Shown piece after piece: positions 27,201 through 42,200 of a stretch of 64,000 nt of DNA. Both the position numbers and the translations under genes were made by a program. The notes beneath the pieces are model-generated. The model had not been told where the DNA came from. It saw nothing but the letters and a program-made list of their open reading frames with translations, and searched no databases. The stretch spans positions 41,974,001 through 42,038,000 of the forward strand of contig NC_047015.1 of NCBI RefSeq assembly GCF_902652985.1, written 5' to 3'. Source of the stretch: Pecten maximus. Its lineage: Eukaryota. The first letter of the stretch is position 1. Each line of letters opens with the position of its first letter.

Positions 27201-30200
27201 AAACAAGAATATTATACTATTAGAGCTATAATTGTTGATGTGATGATAAAGCAGTTCAGTAACAGTAATGGAGGTTAACAATCAACACACAATGACAAAG
27301 AGGCCAGGTAACACTTACATAAGGTGTAAGTAATAACAAAGCTACCATCAGGACAAGAAAGTGACCAAATACTTACAAAATCAATGTCTAAATAATACTT
27401 ACGCGATGATGTTGAAGAAGTTTTTGTTGGCGAGTTGCTGCTCCAACAGTAGTCTGAGGGAGTGCTGGATGTGGACCAGGTAGTTAACATTGGACACGGA
27501 AAGGTCCACCAGGATCACAACACTGTAAATATACACAGAATCAAAAGTCTGGTACAGTAATACACAGAATCAAGTCTGGTACAGTAATACACAGAATCAA
27601 CTACTGGTACAGTAATACACAGAATCAACTACTGGTACAGTAATACACAGAATCAACTACTGGTACAGTAATACACAGAATCAACTACTGGTACAGTAAT
27701 ACACAGAATCAACTACTGGTACAGTAATACACAGAATCAACTACTGGTACAGTAATACACAAAATCAACTACTGGTACAGTATTACACAAAATCAACTAC
27801 TGGTACAGTAATACACAGAATCAACTACTGGTAGTTATACACAGAATCAACTACTGGTACAGTAATACACAGAATCAACTACTGGTACAGTAATACACAG
27901 AATCAACTACTGGTACAGTAATACACAGAATCAACTACTGGTACAGTAATACACAGAATCAACTATACTGTACAGTAATACACAGAATCAACTACTGGTA
28001 CAGTAATACACAGAATCGAACTACTGGTACAGTAATACACAAAATCAACTATACTGTACAGTAATACACAGAATCAACTACTGGTACAGTAATACACAGA
28101 ATCGAACTACTGGTACAGTAATACACATAATCGAACTACTGGTACAGTAATACACAGAATCAACTATACTGTACAGTAATACACAGAATCAACTACTGGT
28201 ACAGTAATACACAGAATCGAACTACTGGTACAGTAATACACATAATCGAACTACTGGTACAGTAATACACAGAATCAACTACTGGTACAGTAATACACAG
28301 AATCAACTATACTGTACAGTAATACACAAAATCAACTACTGGTACAGTATTACACAAAATCAACTACTGGTACAGTAATACACAGAATCAACTACTGGTA
28401 GTTATACACAGAATCAACTACTGGTACAGTAATACACAGAATCAACTACTGGTACAGTAATACACAGAATCAACTACTGGTACAGTAATACACAGAATCA
28501 ACTACTGGTACAGTAATACACAGAATCAACTACTGGTACAGTAATACACAGAATCAACTATACTGTACAGTAATACACAGAATCAACTACTGGTACAGTA
28601 ATACACAGAATCGAACTACTGGTACAGTAATACACATAATCGAACTACTGGTACAGTAATACACAAAATCAACTATACTGTACAGTAATACACAGAATCA
28701 ACTACTGGTACAGTAATACACAGAATCGAACTACTGGTACAGTAATACACATAATCGAACTACTGGTACAGTAATACACAGAATCAACTATACTGTACAG
28801 TAATACACAGAATCAACTACTGGTACAGTAATACACAGAATCAACTATACTGTACAGTAATACACAGAATCAACTACTGGTACAGTAATACACATAATCG
28901 AACTACTGGTACAGTAATACACATAATCAACTACTGGTACAGTAATACACATAATCGAACTACTGGTACAGTAATACACAGAATCAACTACTGGTACAGT
29001 AATACACAGAATCAACTATACTGTACAGTAATACACAGAATCAACTACTGGTACAGTAATACACAGAATCGAACTACTGGTACAGTAATACACAGAATCA
29101 ACTACTGGTACAGTAATACACAGAATCAACTACTGGTACAGTAATACACATAATCGAACTACTGGTACAGTAATACACAAAATCAACTCTGGTACAGTAA
29201 TACACAGAATCAACTACTGGTACAGTAATACACAGAATCAACTATACTGTACAGTAATACACAGAATCAACTACTGGTACAGTAATACACAGAATCGAAC
29301 TACTGGTACAGTAATACACAGAATCAACTACTGGTACAGTAATTCACAGAATCAATTACTGGTACAGTAATTCACAGAATCAATTACTGGTAGTTATACA
29401 CAGAATCAACTGTTATACTCAGTCTGGTACATGACAGTAATATATAGAACCATGTCACCTAAGTTAATCATTATAATATGATAATCAAAAGAAAATAACT
29501 GCTTTAAAATTTGTTGATCGCAAAAAAAAGGGCACTAGTGGTACACAACTTTATAGTGTGTGACATGATTACATTACAAAAAAGCTTCACAAAACTCACA
29601 TAAAAACTAGAATGAGTTGATGGGACAAGATCCTGTACAAAGACATATGAACGGTAAACCTGATTCTAGTACACTCCTTAACTGTGTTGTTTGGGTGGGT
29701 ACAAGAATTTTTTTTGTGATATTAGATTCAGGGTGTTTTGCTATATTGCAAAGGAATGAGCTTCAAATCAAATTATATATAAATATAATTGATTATCCAA
29801 AAGCTATCAAATATATATTATGGTAATAATTTTCTAAATTAATGTGTGGTATTATGTTCAACCCACTTTTTCTCAGTAACTGTTCCAAATATTCTCCTGC
29901 TGCCACACGCTAGCCAGTTAATGCGGCGCTCATACAGACTGACTACTTCATGTAGCTGTTTCTGGTACTCGAACAGATGGGTCATATCTACATGAATGTT
30001 CTTCATGGACCCATCATGCCACTGGAACTGTACCATGGCTTTCTGTAACACAGACATAAAAAATTATAGAGGTCCTCAAGGCATCTTACCAAGTGTGAGA
30101 CAAAATATTTTGGCTGGTGTGGAGGTGTGTCTGCTACCACTTTGTTTGACTGTAAAAGCTTGGGAAAAGTTAATTTTGCATATTTGTTTCCATGGTAACG

Positions 30201-33200
30201 GAAAATATTTTAAAAAAAGTAAAAATCCATATATATACAAAAGATAAAACTATTGGATTTACCTGATATGTGTACAAAATTATTGATTGTTATCTTGGTT
30301 AATTTTGGAGCTGTGGAACAGAAAATTCACTGTAATGTTTGTTAGAAATCATAAGATCATGTCATATACTAGCAAGATAATAATGTTACAATGTACAATA
30401 TAGTGTACATCTTACCTCATGGACCTGGGACTGGACAGCCTTTTTGATAACTGGAATGAACTCTTCCTTGTAAGAGTATGCATTGGGAGCCAGGACCTGG
30501 TACAGATCTAGGCGCTTGGCTGCAATGGAACATTTCAAAGCACTTCAAATTTAACTATCAAAAAATATACATTTTAATTTAAAACAATTTCATACAAAAG
30601 GTTTAAGCACAAGCAACATAATTCCTTTAAGAAAATGGCGTAGTTTTGACTCATTGATACCTTTAAGGCCATGCTGATGTATCCAGTTGATAGAGGTCCT
30701 AGGCTGAAACTTTGGCATTTCTATACGTAGTGGAAGGTCATGACCTGGAGGACGGGGCAGGAACCGAGACTGGGGTAGCTTAGCTACTTCTGTAGTGATC
30801 TGCCACCAAAAGAAAATAGAGACTTGATGTACAATCACACGTGGTATGACTCCCAAACAAAAAACCATTCGGAAATTCTGATTACAAAGTTTATAACACT
30901 ATAACATTTCCTTATTTCAAATCTGACAAAAACAGCACATCATTTAAACATTCACAAACATCCTCATCTGATAGTTTACTTACGTACAAAACTGAAGATG
31001 TAATGTTGGAACATATTGCATGACAAATTTGTGACATGAAAGTGACTTGATATGGTGACTTACCTCATTCATGATGCTGATGAGTGCACTACCCATCATA
31101 CCGTTGCGCATTTCTTTGATCTTGTTGATAACATCCTGGCACTTCTGTATCTCCTTCAGTATGACACTGATTTCTGTTCCCGTGTATATTTGCTCCTGTT
31201 GTAACAAAGTACAAACACATATACTTATTAATACAATCTTTTATGTTAACCCTGTTTATATAAATTGCAATAACAAGACACGATCATTTTTTCTGGGATT
31301 CAGGAAACCATCCAGTTGATCATACCAGTTTATAATTTTCTTCACAAAAGTTTTAGTTTTCCTTCTCTTTCATTCTCCTTTTCTTAAAATCATTCAGACT
31401 ATTTTTAATGCGCATTTAATAAAACAAGCTGCAACAGCTATAAGTCACTAAATGGAAGTTGATTATTGAATTGTCCCTATAATTTCATTATTAATTATAC
31501 TTGTAAGATACAGAAATAGAGGTAGAAATGGCTGCGTCCTATTATAGACAAGCTATTTGATTGGTTGGATATGATGTCACCTACCTCACAGCTAGCAGTG
31601 TAACAATGATAACTTCCTCCTGATGCGTCTGACAGGTGCCTCAGAGTTATCTGTCGTCAAAAATATACCAATTCATACAGGGTTAATACTAAGCTTCTGT
31701 CTTTATCAGGTTCATTCTTTTTAATGGTCTATTTAATGAAATATATAGTTTGGATTTCATGTTTTGTTTATCAGCATAGAATGTTTATGTCTGTACATGC
31801 ACTTACATTGGTGAGATGGTTACTACAGTCGTATGCCACTGTCTGTAGTGGTTTCTCCTCTCCAACTCCCATCTGATGGATATAGTCACACAGTATCTCT
31901 GAGCTCTGGTCGGGCCTGTAGGAAAATATAGCATAGAAATATTGTAAAAAGCATTAGCAACAGATATCTCTTTACCCTTCATTTTATCTATATGAAACTA
32001 ATTACTCCATTCTCATACTCATTTCAAAACAGAATAACATTTGGCAAATATTCATTTACCTAGTATTTAATTATTTTCATTGTTCTTAATTGTTACTCTT
32101 ACTATAAAAATCATCTTTACATGTGTTTTTTTCTCCCCATTGTTACACAATAAAAATGTAGTGTTAGAACTTACACACTGCCGAGTATGATGACTACAGA
32201 GTCAATATCCTTGATATTCATCACATGTTTCATCGCCTTCAAAAGGTTACAACCACCTGATGCCTTCATTCTCATCACCCACTCCTTGGCTTCCTCGATA
32301 CTGTACAGAAATATCAACATACAAAAATGTACCTCAGGTTAATTTATAAATTATAACATTATAATAATACAAATATCAACGTACCTCAGGTTTATAAATT
32401 ATACACTATTATACAAATATCTACATATACAATGTATATATATCTGATCAGGTTTTATAAAATATACACTATTATACAAATATCTACATATCTCAGGTTT
32501 TATAAATTATACACTATTATACAAATATCTACATATCTATATATCTGATCAGGTTTTATAAAATATACACTATTATACAAATATCTACATATCTCAGGTT
32601 TTATAAATTATACACTATTATACAAATATCTACATATCTCAGGTTTTATAAATTATACACTATTTTACAAATATCTATATATCTCATGTCCTGTACTATA
32701 ATAGTCTAGAACCATATGCAAATATTTAATAACTGTGCACAATATCAAAACTGGTATTTATGAACACTTTTTATCAAGTCATCATCACTCAACATCTGGC
32801 CAGCGATAGGGTACTTACATTCTACAATTGACATCACGAGAGACTGGCCAAAGAGGATCTATATCTGTACCAAATGACATCAGGTAAATCGCTGCCCTCG
32901 TGGAGAACTGCTCATCCAACATGTGCTGAAGAAAAAAAACAGAATATTAACAAGTATTACTGTAATAATTATACATAGGTAACAATGATGAATTCAAAGT
33001 AAAGAAAAAAACAGAATATTAACAAGTATTACTGTAATAATTATACATAGGTAACAATGAATTCAAAGTAAAGTGTGTAAGTATATAATAAACAGTACTA
33101 AAGTCAGATAGGGGGTAATTTTCGCCCCCGTTTAATTTTCGCCATTTTTGCCCTTTGATGATAGGGCGAATTTATGACGACGGCAAAAATGTCAAGCTCA

Positions 33201-36200
33201 ATTGCAGGATTTACAAGTTATCGTACATAGGCTAATGGTAGACGGATCTAAAACATACCCTCGTACTTTTCAAGTGTGTTTTATTCTATACAATTACAAG
33301 CAACATGTGTTATATATTTACACTAAATTATTAAATAATCTATTGTTTTATTTCAATCTATGCATGTGAAATCAAATCTGTATCTAAATGTAGGTCTAGT
33401 AAGTTTGCGATAGCACATTGAGTTAAATCGAGAATATGGGCTGAGACAGTGTAATAGGTTTAGTATATTTGATTTTAAAAAAGCCTATAAATACTAAGTA
33501 ACTTTTAAAATCCAGTCATTTTTTAAAATGATGCACACAAAAAAGTATCAAATTTTTGCCATTGTGAAGACTGATTTTATGAGTTCACCGTCGCTTGTGG
33601 CTTCCATCGATGACAAATGAACAAGAGAAAACACTGATCAGTAATTAGGATGGTGAACTTACCACTCATCGTGTTTGCATAAAATCGACCATACAGTGTG
33701 TAAAAAAAAAAAAATAGTTTATTATTCAAGTGTCACATGTTTCAATACAATACATAAAATACAGTTTTCATCACTGAGTTATTAAAACACCCGGCCGATT
33801 TCGACCTATGAGACACTGTCATATCATCATCTAATAAGAGCTATGCATTAACTAAATTTAAGAAATACATGCTAAAATATTCTAAAGTATTGTCACATTT
33901 GCTTACAATATATTACAATTTTAAAATGTACAATAAACCTGATCCAATTCATAAAATATTCAACTATGATAAAATCAGATAAATCTGACACAATTTCTAA
34001 AATATCTCACCCTTAAAAGCATTGCCGTCTTCTGTACATTTTATATAAAACAGATGATAATGAGCACTGTAGTGCATTATTATTCATTAAATATATAAGT
34101 TTATGTTGGGAGTCAAGCTCAAAAAAGTAGGATTAAACACTCCTGCTTGCTCCAACAAAGTATTTCTTAAATCATCGTAAAAATCACAATCAATCAGGAA
34201 GTGAGTTTCATCTTCAATATGGTTTGAACTACATAATCGACAAACTCGTTCTTGTAATGGAGTTTTTGGAACAGTGTACCGACCGGTCTCTATATTCAAT
34301 TTTAAGTTACCACAGCGAAATTTCGCTAAACATTTACGGTGGTGCCTACTGATAATCGTGGTGACATAATATTCAGGTGTAACACAATATTTATACTTTC
34401 TGTAAGTTCTAAGTTTGTTTCCGTTCTCATTACCAATATCATTCCATAAATCTCTATACCAGTTTCCTCTATCCTCATTACTTAATACTATTTTAGCAAT
34501 ATTTAATCAATGAATTTTATCAACATCATGTATTAAAAAGTCTAAGATCACGATCCTGGAGAAATTTCTTAGTTTTGGTTTCCCAACTCTTTGGAGTAGA
34601 CAGAGACCATGCATGTATCTTATATGTTATTCTGTCCATATCTGTACTACGAAGTCTTAGCCACAATCTACACACTTCAAGTTTTTGTTTCACCATACAG
34701 GAATCCCAGCCCATGTCGCCACGCGTTGCGATATTTGATGCATTTTTTCCACAGCCAAGAAAGTATCTACATGCTCTGTTTTGAACAGTTTGTATAAACT
34801 TGTACGTATTTAGGCCCCATATACCCGCGCCGTAAAATAAAACAGGCTCAACCAGCCATTCATACAATGATTTAAAAACTGAATATGTCATTCCACCAGC
34901 TAGTATAAATTTAGTATATAGGGCACATAAAGCTCTACCCGCTGATTTTGAGAGTTCACGTGCAGTAATAGTCATATCAAGGTGTTCAGTGAACCATAGT
35001 CCTAGGTACCTATAACGGTCCACGGTCGAAATGTCAAGGTCGCCACAGGTAAAGCTCACGAGAGATTGAGGCACCGACGGGTTTCTGAAGTGAATCACTT
35101 TGGTTTTTGACTGATTAACCTGTAAGCGCCACTTTCTACACCACTCGCCGAGACTGTCTAACATACGTTGGAGAGAGTGTTCATCCGGGGCCATCAGCGC
35201 GATATCATCGGCGTATAGGAGGAGTGAAATGTAAATGTTATCTACCGGTATGCCACAGTTCAGACCATTTATGTCATGCACAAGGTCATTGATGTATATA
35301 GAAAAAAGTGTGGGGGAGATATTACAGCCCTGTTTTACCCCTTGTGACACAGTGAACCATTCCGATAGGTGGTTATTAAGTCTCACTGCACATTTAACAT
35401 CACGATACAAGGCTTGTACTGCTCCCAACATTTTCCCGGAAACACCAATGGATAGCAGCTTGAACCAAAGACATTTTTGGTTTACAGTGTCAAAAGCTTT
35501 CCTCGCGTCGACAAAACACACAAATGTCGAAAGTTTAGATAATTTACGGTTATTGACGATACTATACAAGGAGTGTAAATGATCCAAACAGCTCCGCTTT
35601 CTTCTAAAACCATTTTGTTCATCGGAAATGACGTTATTTCGCTCTAACCAATTGTTGAGCCGTACTCCAAGAATATCGGTGTAAATTTTACTGGGAATAG
35701 ACAATATCGATAATCCTCTGTAGCTCAATGGATCCCTGGCATCCTGCGTATCCGGTTTCGGGATTGGATTAATAATAGACTTTGACCATTCCGAAGGAAT
35801 AACACTGCGCTCAAAACAATATGAAAATATTTTGAACAACATATCAACACAGGCTTTGTTACGAAGGACCTCCGCTGGGATACAATCTGCACCGATGGAT
35901 TTCCTGAGGTTTGCTCGAAAAACCGCACTTCGAACTTCCTCATAATTAATTGGAATGTTTAACATAGATATATCAATATTACTTTGAAAATTATGCTCCT
36001 GTAACTGACGATTTACGTTATCCAAATGTACATCATCAAAACCAGAATCAACAGGCGTCGCATTGTAGAGCGACTCATATTTAGACTTCCAACATCGGAG
36101 GACACCCGGAACGTCACAAATTACACTTCCGTCATTGACCACTTCCATTGGAATTTTAGACATTCTATTATTGGCCATGCCAAGCTTTCCTATTTCCCGC

Positions 36201-39200
36201 CACATTTCACCGGAGTTGGTTTTATGTAAATCATGTAGTTTTGCTTGCTCACTTAGTTGGTACCGACGTTTGGCTTTTCTATTTAAACGATCAAATGTTG
36301 ATCTTTCACTACAATACACTTCCTTTAGCCGCCTTTTATTAGAATTGCTATGTTTACAACAAAGCCATTCCTTTTCGCATTTACACACTATATCCCACTG
36401 TTGCTGTAACTCCGTATTCCAGTAAGGCTTCGCTCTAGATTTACCACCCGGACGACGGTTGCCTGACGAGCAGCTTACTTTAATTCTTTTATCCATTTCA
36501 CCGGACACAAGGGCAATAAAATCTGCATAGGCTGAGTTGACATCGTTCGATGTATGGAGATCGTTGTCGATTTTGTCGATCGTTGCTTGGATGAGATCCC
36601 GCGTCGCGTCATCTTGTAAAAAGTCGTGTGGCGTTGTAGACATAATATGACGTTTACGCTCAAGGCCCGGTTCCTCGATAGTTCCGGAAGTGGAATTGCA
36701 TGTACACATTACCCATTCTAAAATGGAGTGATCCGATGCGCTGTCTGCCACTAAATTGGGTATTTGATTTATCACAGAGGACATAATGTGTACTTTAAAA
36801 TCTGTGTATTGCGTATACTGTTCGTGTGGCACCACGACATAGTCAACAACGGACCGACCTCTAGTGGACACATGCGTGAAGTTATCATTTGATCCTAGTC
36901 TCCCATTTAACATACACATGTTGGTGTCAACTAAAAAGTCGATGAACGCTACACCAAGACGGTTCTCTCTGTCGTCTATATGTGCCCGGGGAGTAACAAC
37001 ATCCACTCCCTCAATATAGTCCGAGAGATCACCAGTTCTGGCATTGAAGTCCCCCGTTATACACACGGATCCCAAATTCTGGAACGAATATACGTTTTCT
37101 AACAATGTGCCATAGAATTTATCACTGTTCACGGGTCGTGTAGTTCCTTCTGGAGGAAGGTAACATACACAAAGGTAAAGGTATCTGTCGATGTTGTTCC
37201 TAAATCTCACCCATAGTATATCCTCGTTAGACTTGTCAACAACATCCACTGTATATCTTGCATATAGAGAGTTTTTTATTAACATTCCTACCCCACCACT
37301 TCCACGTCGAGCGTTGCGATGAATAGATGTACGGTTATTTCCTATCCACGTATAACCGTCTAAATTGATAACGTTATTATCACGTAGAAACGTTTCACAT
37401 AAAGTGAAAACGTCACAATCCATAGAGAGAATAGTAGAGAACCGGAAACGAGAATTATCATTGTCACTCATAGATAGACCACCAACATTCCAGAAAGCGA
37501 GTCGGAATCTGTCCTACCTCCTGAAAACACGTCGGTTTTCTCCGTTATCCCGCCAGCGTTGTCCGTGTGGTGATTGGCTCCTCCGCCCCTGGGGATCTTG
37601 CCTCGGTGGAGACCGTCCACCCTGGAACCAACCAGGATTCCGTTGTGGCCCATGGCCGGGGGTTGCTTCACCGAAACCATCTCTGTTTGTTTTAACTACG
37701 CGGTTACCGATAAGTTTGAGGTCCCGTTCCTTCCCTACCTCCTTGATAATTGTTCGAAGATTGGACTGAGTGTTAAGTTCCTCTCTGGAAAGCACATGGT
37801 CAATGTACACATTTTCATAGTTCCGTGTTGACAACTATGCATACCTGATACTATTTGAATCAATATAGGCTAAAAGTAAATCTGAACACAGGTAAACGTT
37901 GTTTATTTCACACCTGATTACATTTCACACCTCAGCGGGATATGCAAAAAAAAGAAAATCAGGGAATTCAATACATCCAGAGTGTTCCGATTGCAATTAA
38001 ATCGAGAACTCCGAACGGAATTTTCCGATCGAAAGTAGTTTAGGGCGAAATTAAAACGGGGCGAATATCTATTGTGTTACTCAAGGGCGAAAATAACCTG
38101 GGGCGAAAAATACCAGGTATACAGTATCACACAGATGACCTTCACCCTTTAAATATCCATAGTCCACCATTACATCAATGACCTTTACCCTCAGTACTTA
38201 TATAGTAGGGGCCGCGGTGACCGAGTGGTTAAGGTGTCCCGACACTTTAACACTAGCCCTCCACCTCTGGGTTGCGAGTTTGAAAACTACGCGAGGCAGT
38301 TGCCAGGTACTGACTGTAGGCCAGTGGTTTTTCTCCGGGTACTCCGGCTTTCCTCCACCTCCAAAACCTGGCACGTCCTTAAGTGACCCCTGGCTGTTAA
38401 TAGGACGTTAAGCAAAAATAAACCAAACCAAAAACTTATATAGTTACTTACAATCATAGACTCTTGAAAAGTTGTCAATCGTCCAAAACCAGCATTGGCA
38501 TCGGAGTTGTCTACCAGAACAGCCACACGTTTTCCTCTTATGTTGCCAAACACCTACAAGTCAAGGGCAGATAATTCTTAAATAGTAAATTATAGGGGTC
38601 AAGGAGGAATGTTCAAATGATAAGAGGCCATGATGGCAACAATCTGGGATTATTAAGTAAAACTTGTTCATTCATCTAATATAGATATAACAGTGTATGA
38701 CTGCTTCTCTGCTAATTTATACAATGTACATCAGGTACAGGTGAAGATTGAAAGCATGCAGAGTTGAAGAACTCAGTTTCCAGTATTAAATGATTTTTTT
38801 TTTTTTAAATATGTAATAGTAATTTCATTATTTTTAGACAGATCATTTGGCAGTGGAAGCCTTATATACAAAGCCTGTCACTTATAACAATACATACTAC
38901 ATACCCTTTTACTGCCCTGTAGAAGCCACTTGATTCTCTTAGTGTACATCTCTATGGAACTGAAAAGAAGAAGGAGGCACACGTATTTTACTATGATTCC
39001 TGTGATACATACACCATTAACTACACCAAATACATGTGCAATGTACCACACACTTAAAAGTGAATGATCAAGTTTAATCCAATGCTTATATATTCTTAAA
39101 CAAGGGCCTTTGTCATTACAACAGACAATCAAATTTAAGACATTACTAAGGTAGGAAATGAGACATCGTGCCTGGTGAAAAGCAGGGTATATTGACATCC

Positions 39201-42200
39201 TAAATGATTTAACATGTAAGTGATGTCATTGTGTAGTAAAGTCATCTTTTTGAAAATTATAGTCAAATTATGCAGCATGTTTATTGTTTATGTGAACGTT
39301 TGATTGCTGGTCCAAATATCAATGTCCTTTATCTTGTGTACAACAGACGTACATGTTTCCAGCAGATAGAATGTTGTTTCCATACTCACGTGTTTAGGCG
39401 GTATTCAAACTCATTGACATCATAAGCTTCAAACTGTATGTGCTGTGATGGCTTTCCTGTTCTATGGTCTGGTTGTAAACTGGAAATATAACAGTGCACA
39501 TTTAGCATGAAAATTGAATTAATAAATTTAATATGATAATGTCCGAAATATAATTACAGCATTATTCTTTTTCAGACTAAAAGTTATGTCAAGTAAATAC
39601 AAAGGAAAAAGATCAATCTAGCATCCAAAAATTACACAAGAAGATGTTTTGCATAAACAAAGCAAAGGGTAGGAGTACCAGTATCATCAACAGCATGTTA
39701 AATTAGGAGTGAATGCATTTCTTCTGAGTGAGTTAATATGTTGAGCAAATACTTCTCTCATACTTCACAGCGGGATCACACTTTTTTGTTTAATGGTGAC
39801 TTATAAGTCAACTCTGTCTTTGGGTAGGGAAAAGAAACCTGACTTTCTCTATGATGTCATAATTACACAATGTATGAAATTTTGAAGTGATGTCACTGTA
39901 TTGAAACTATCCTTGACATGATGGAATGGAAAATCCACAATTTCAACCCAAGGGTTTTGGTTTTTGATAAACGAAATTACAAGCAGATTGATGTTTATTC
40001 TGACTGGATTTGTTTATTTGTAAGTATGGGAGAAAAATAGTCAAACATGGATCTGTTCTGTGAACAGGGATACAGGGTATCTCAACCCATGTGTAATAGT
40101 TCAAGGCTGACCAGCACTTGAGAAGCCTTGTGTTGACCAGTCAATTTACTCTTGACATATACCTATCCACAGAACAGAACCATGATGTAAGTTTCTATTA
40201 ATCCTCAACTCTGAGTTATGAAGATCCTTACTTCCCCACTTTCCCCTTGTCTACCAAGTCCTTGAGCGTCAACTGAAGATATTCCAGACTGTGGAACTTC
40301 AGCCATTCCTCAGATGTCTGTAGCTCAGATGCAGTTACAGACTCTGCATTTTTGAGGCTCTGGAGAATAAAACAACAAATATTACAGTATATTTTGTAGG
40401 TATTGATAAATACAAATATCAACATAACAATATGAAGATATTGTATAATATTCCAACAGCAGTATTTATCCTAACCTTGTTAACTTTTTAAATGATATCA
40501 GATCTTCAAATACTACTAGTAGTAACATTAACTCACCATTAGGTCAATGGTCTGGTTGACATGAGTGACAGTCAGGGGATGTGGGGGCCTTGCATTCTTT
40601 ACCACAACAGGTTGCCAGGGAACTAAACCACTGGAACTAAAACAGAAAGTCAACACAATGAAATGTACATGTGTATTGTGGAACTAGCCACACTTTATCT
40701 CATAAACATGAATGTATTTTTTACTTTTCTTCTTGTATGTTCATTTTTGTTTGATATTATGAGCACATCAGTGTAGATACATGTAGCTGATAAACAACAA
40801 AATTTGTTTATGGTATACATATATATGCTTGTAGTAACTGTAAGACTCTTTCATATGCATTCATGGTAATTAGATGGTATATATCTCATTGGGGATTAAT
40901 AATCATAACCATACTACATATTGTAAAACTTGTATTTTGTGGTATGTTGTGTCTGCATCCCTAAATAAATGTGTTATGTTATGAAAAGAATGGCCTACAC
41001 CATCCATCATCTAATGAGCCAGGTGTCCGATAGTAATATAAATCAGTATACTAGTCTATATGTGATGAATGAAAATGAAATATCAAAGCATTTTTTTCGG
41101 TTGATAAAACTTACAGACTATCTTCACCAAGAAGTTCATCAATATCTTCATCATCTTCATCCTCATCCTGTTCATCCTCGTCGTCGTCATTAATGATACC
41201 AAGTTCCTGGTCAATGTCCGAAATCACTTCTTTCTCATCTTTTTCCTTAAAATTTTCCTCCCTTAAAATATAATGAGTTATTGCTGGTATTAAATCATTT
41301 CAATATATAAAACTGTATTAGATACAAGTATAATAAGTGTAAGCTCTGATGGGCACTACAGCTCCAACCACTCTGTCAGTTTAGTGAGAGATTCAGAGAG
41401 TATGTTATTCTGATTAAATTCATGAATTCATGCAACACAACCAACACCTTTTACAATTTACTAACAGGAACATACTGTAGATTGTATGTATATAATTGTA
41501 ACAGGAGCAAGACGAGCCCCGTTTGTAATGTACAAACAACATCTGCTTATATATATAATTACTATGTATATCATCCGTCTGGTTTGCTTGCCAGTGTTGG
41601 TGCAAGAAAGACTTGACTCCAATTAATGGCAATTAACAAGTAGATTACACATTTACATAATTGGCTCAATTAAACGTTTATTAAACATTACTTTACCATT
41701 ACATTCCTAAACTAACCCCCTAGCCTATACATTCTACAATATTTCTCCTCCCCCATCCCGCCTATACACCCAGCTACACGGACTATCACTAAGATCTATA
41801 CATGTACTTTTAATAATACTGATGAAAATATAAAGCCAGAACATATCTTCTATATGATATAAAAGACAAACATGAATTTCTAATATTATGAAATTCAAAT
41901 TACCACAAAATATATTGACTTGTACTTGAGAAAAAAATAAATCTAACAAAACACTGATCCTTACGAGGAAATACAAATACGATCAGTACATTGTAGTAAT
42001 GGACAATATAATCAACATAAAACATTATCTGTACCTGCAATTCAATAGCACAGCTCAGATGAAATATCAAAATGTCTCCTATTGTGAAAACCAAACCGCC
42101 ATCATTCAAATCTAATAGTAAATACGGGTGTGATAGATTACCGCGCAGTGTGCACACTGACCACTGGGCAATAAGATAAAAATAGATTAAACCTTGACAT

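Larger units (their letters stand above)
33095..38126. mobile_element. MITE-like host element (TTTTCGCCCC / GGGGCGAAAA subterminal repeats, ..TATACAGTA end) split by the RTE-X insertion
   Basis: Left end has GGGGGTAATTTTCGCCCCCGTTTAATTTTCGCC (33110-33143). Right end has GGCGAAATTAAAACGGGGCGAA...GGGGCGAAAAATACCAGGTATACAGTA (38044-38126). The left terminus is degenerate. Confidence 0.55.

Noticed and set aside
35235-36663. Antisense and alternative-frame ORFs over LINE ORF2s and host exons (also 46378-48171 and 51981-52602)
   Set aside because: They are shadow ORFs of real coding sequence with no independent motifs.
38207-38290. tRNA gene
   Set aside because: The tRNA-like head runs into a SINE core and tail with a TSD, and there is no complete cloverleaf. 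The same applies to 44560-44643.
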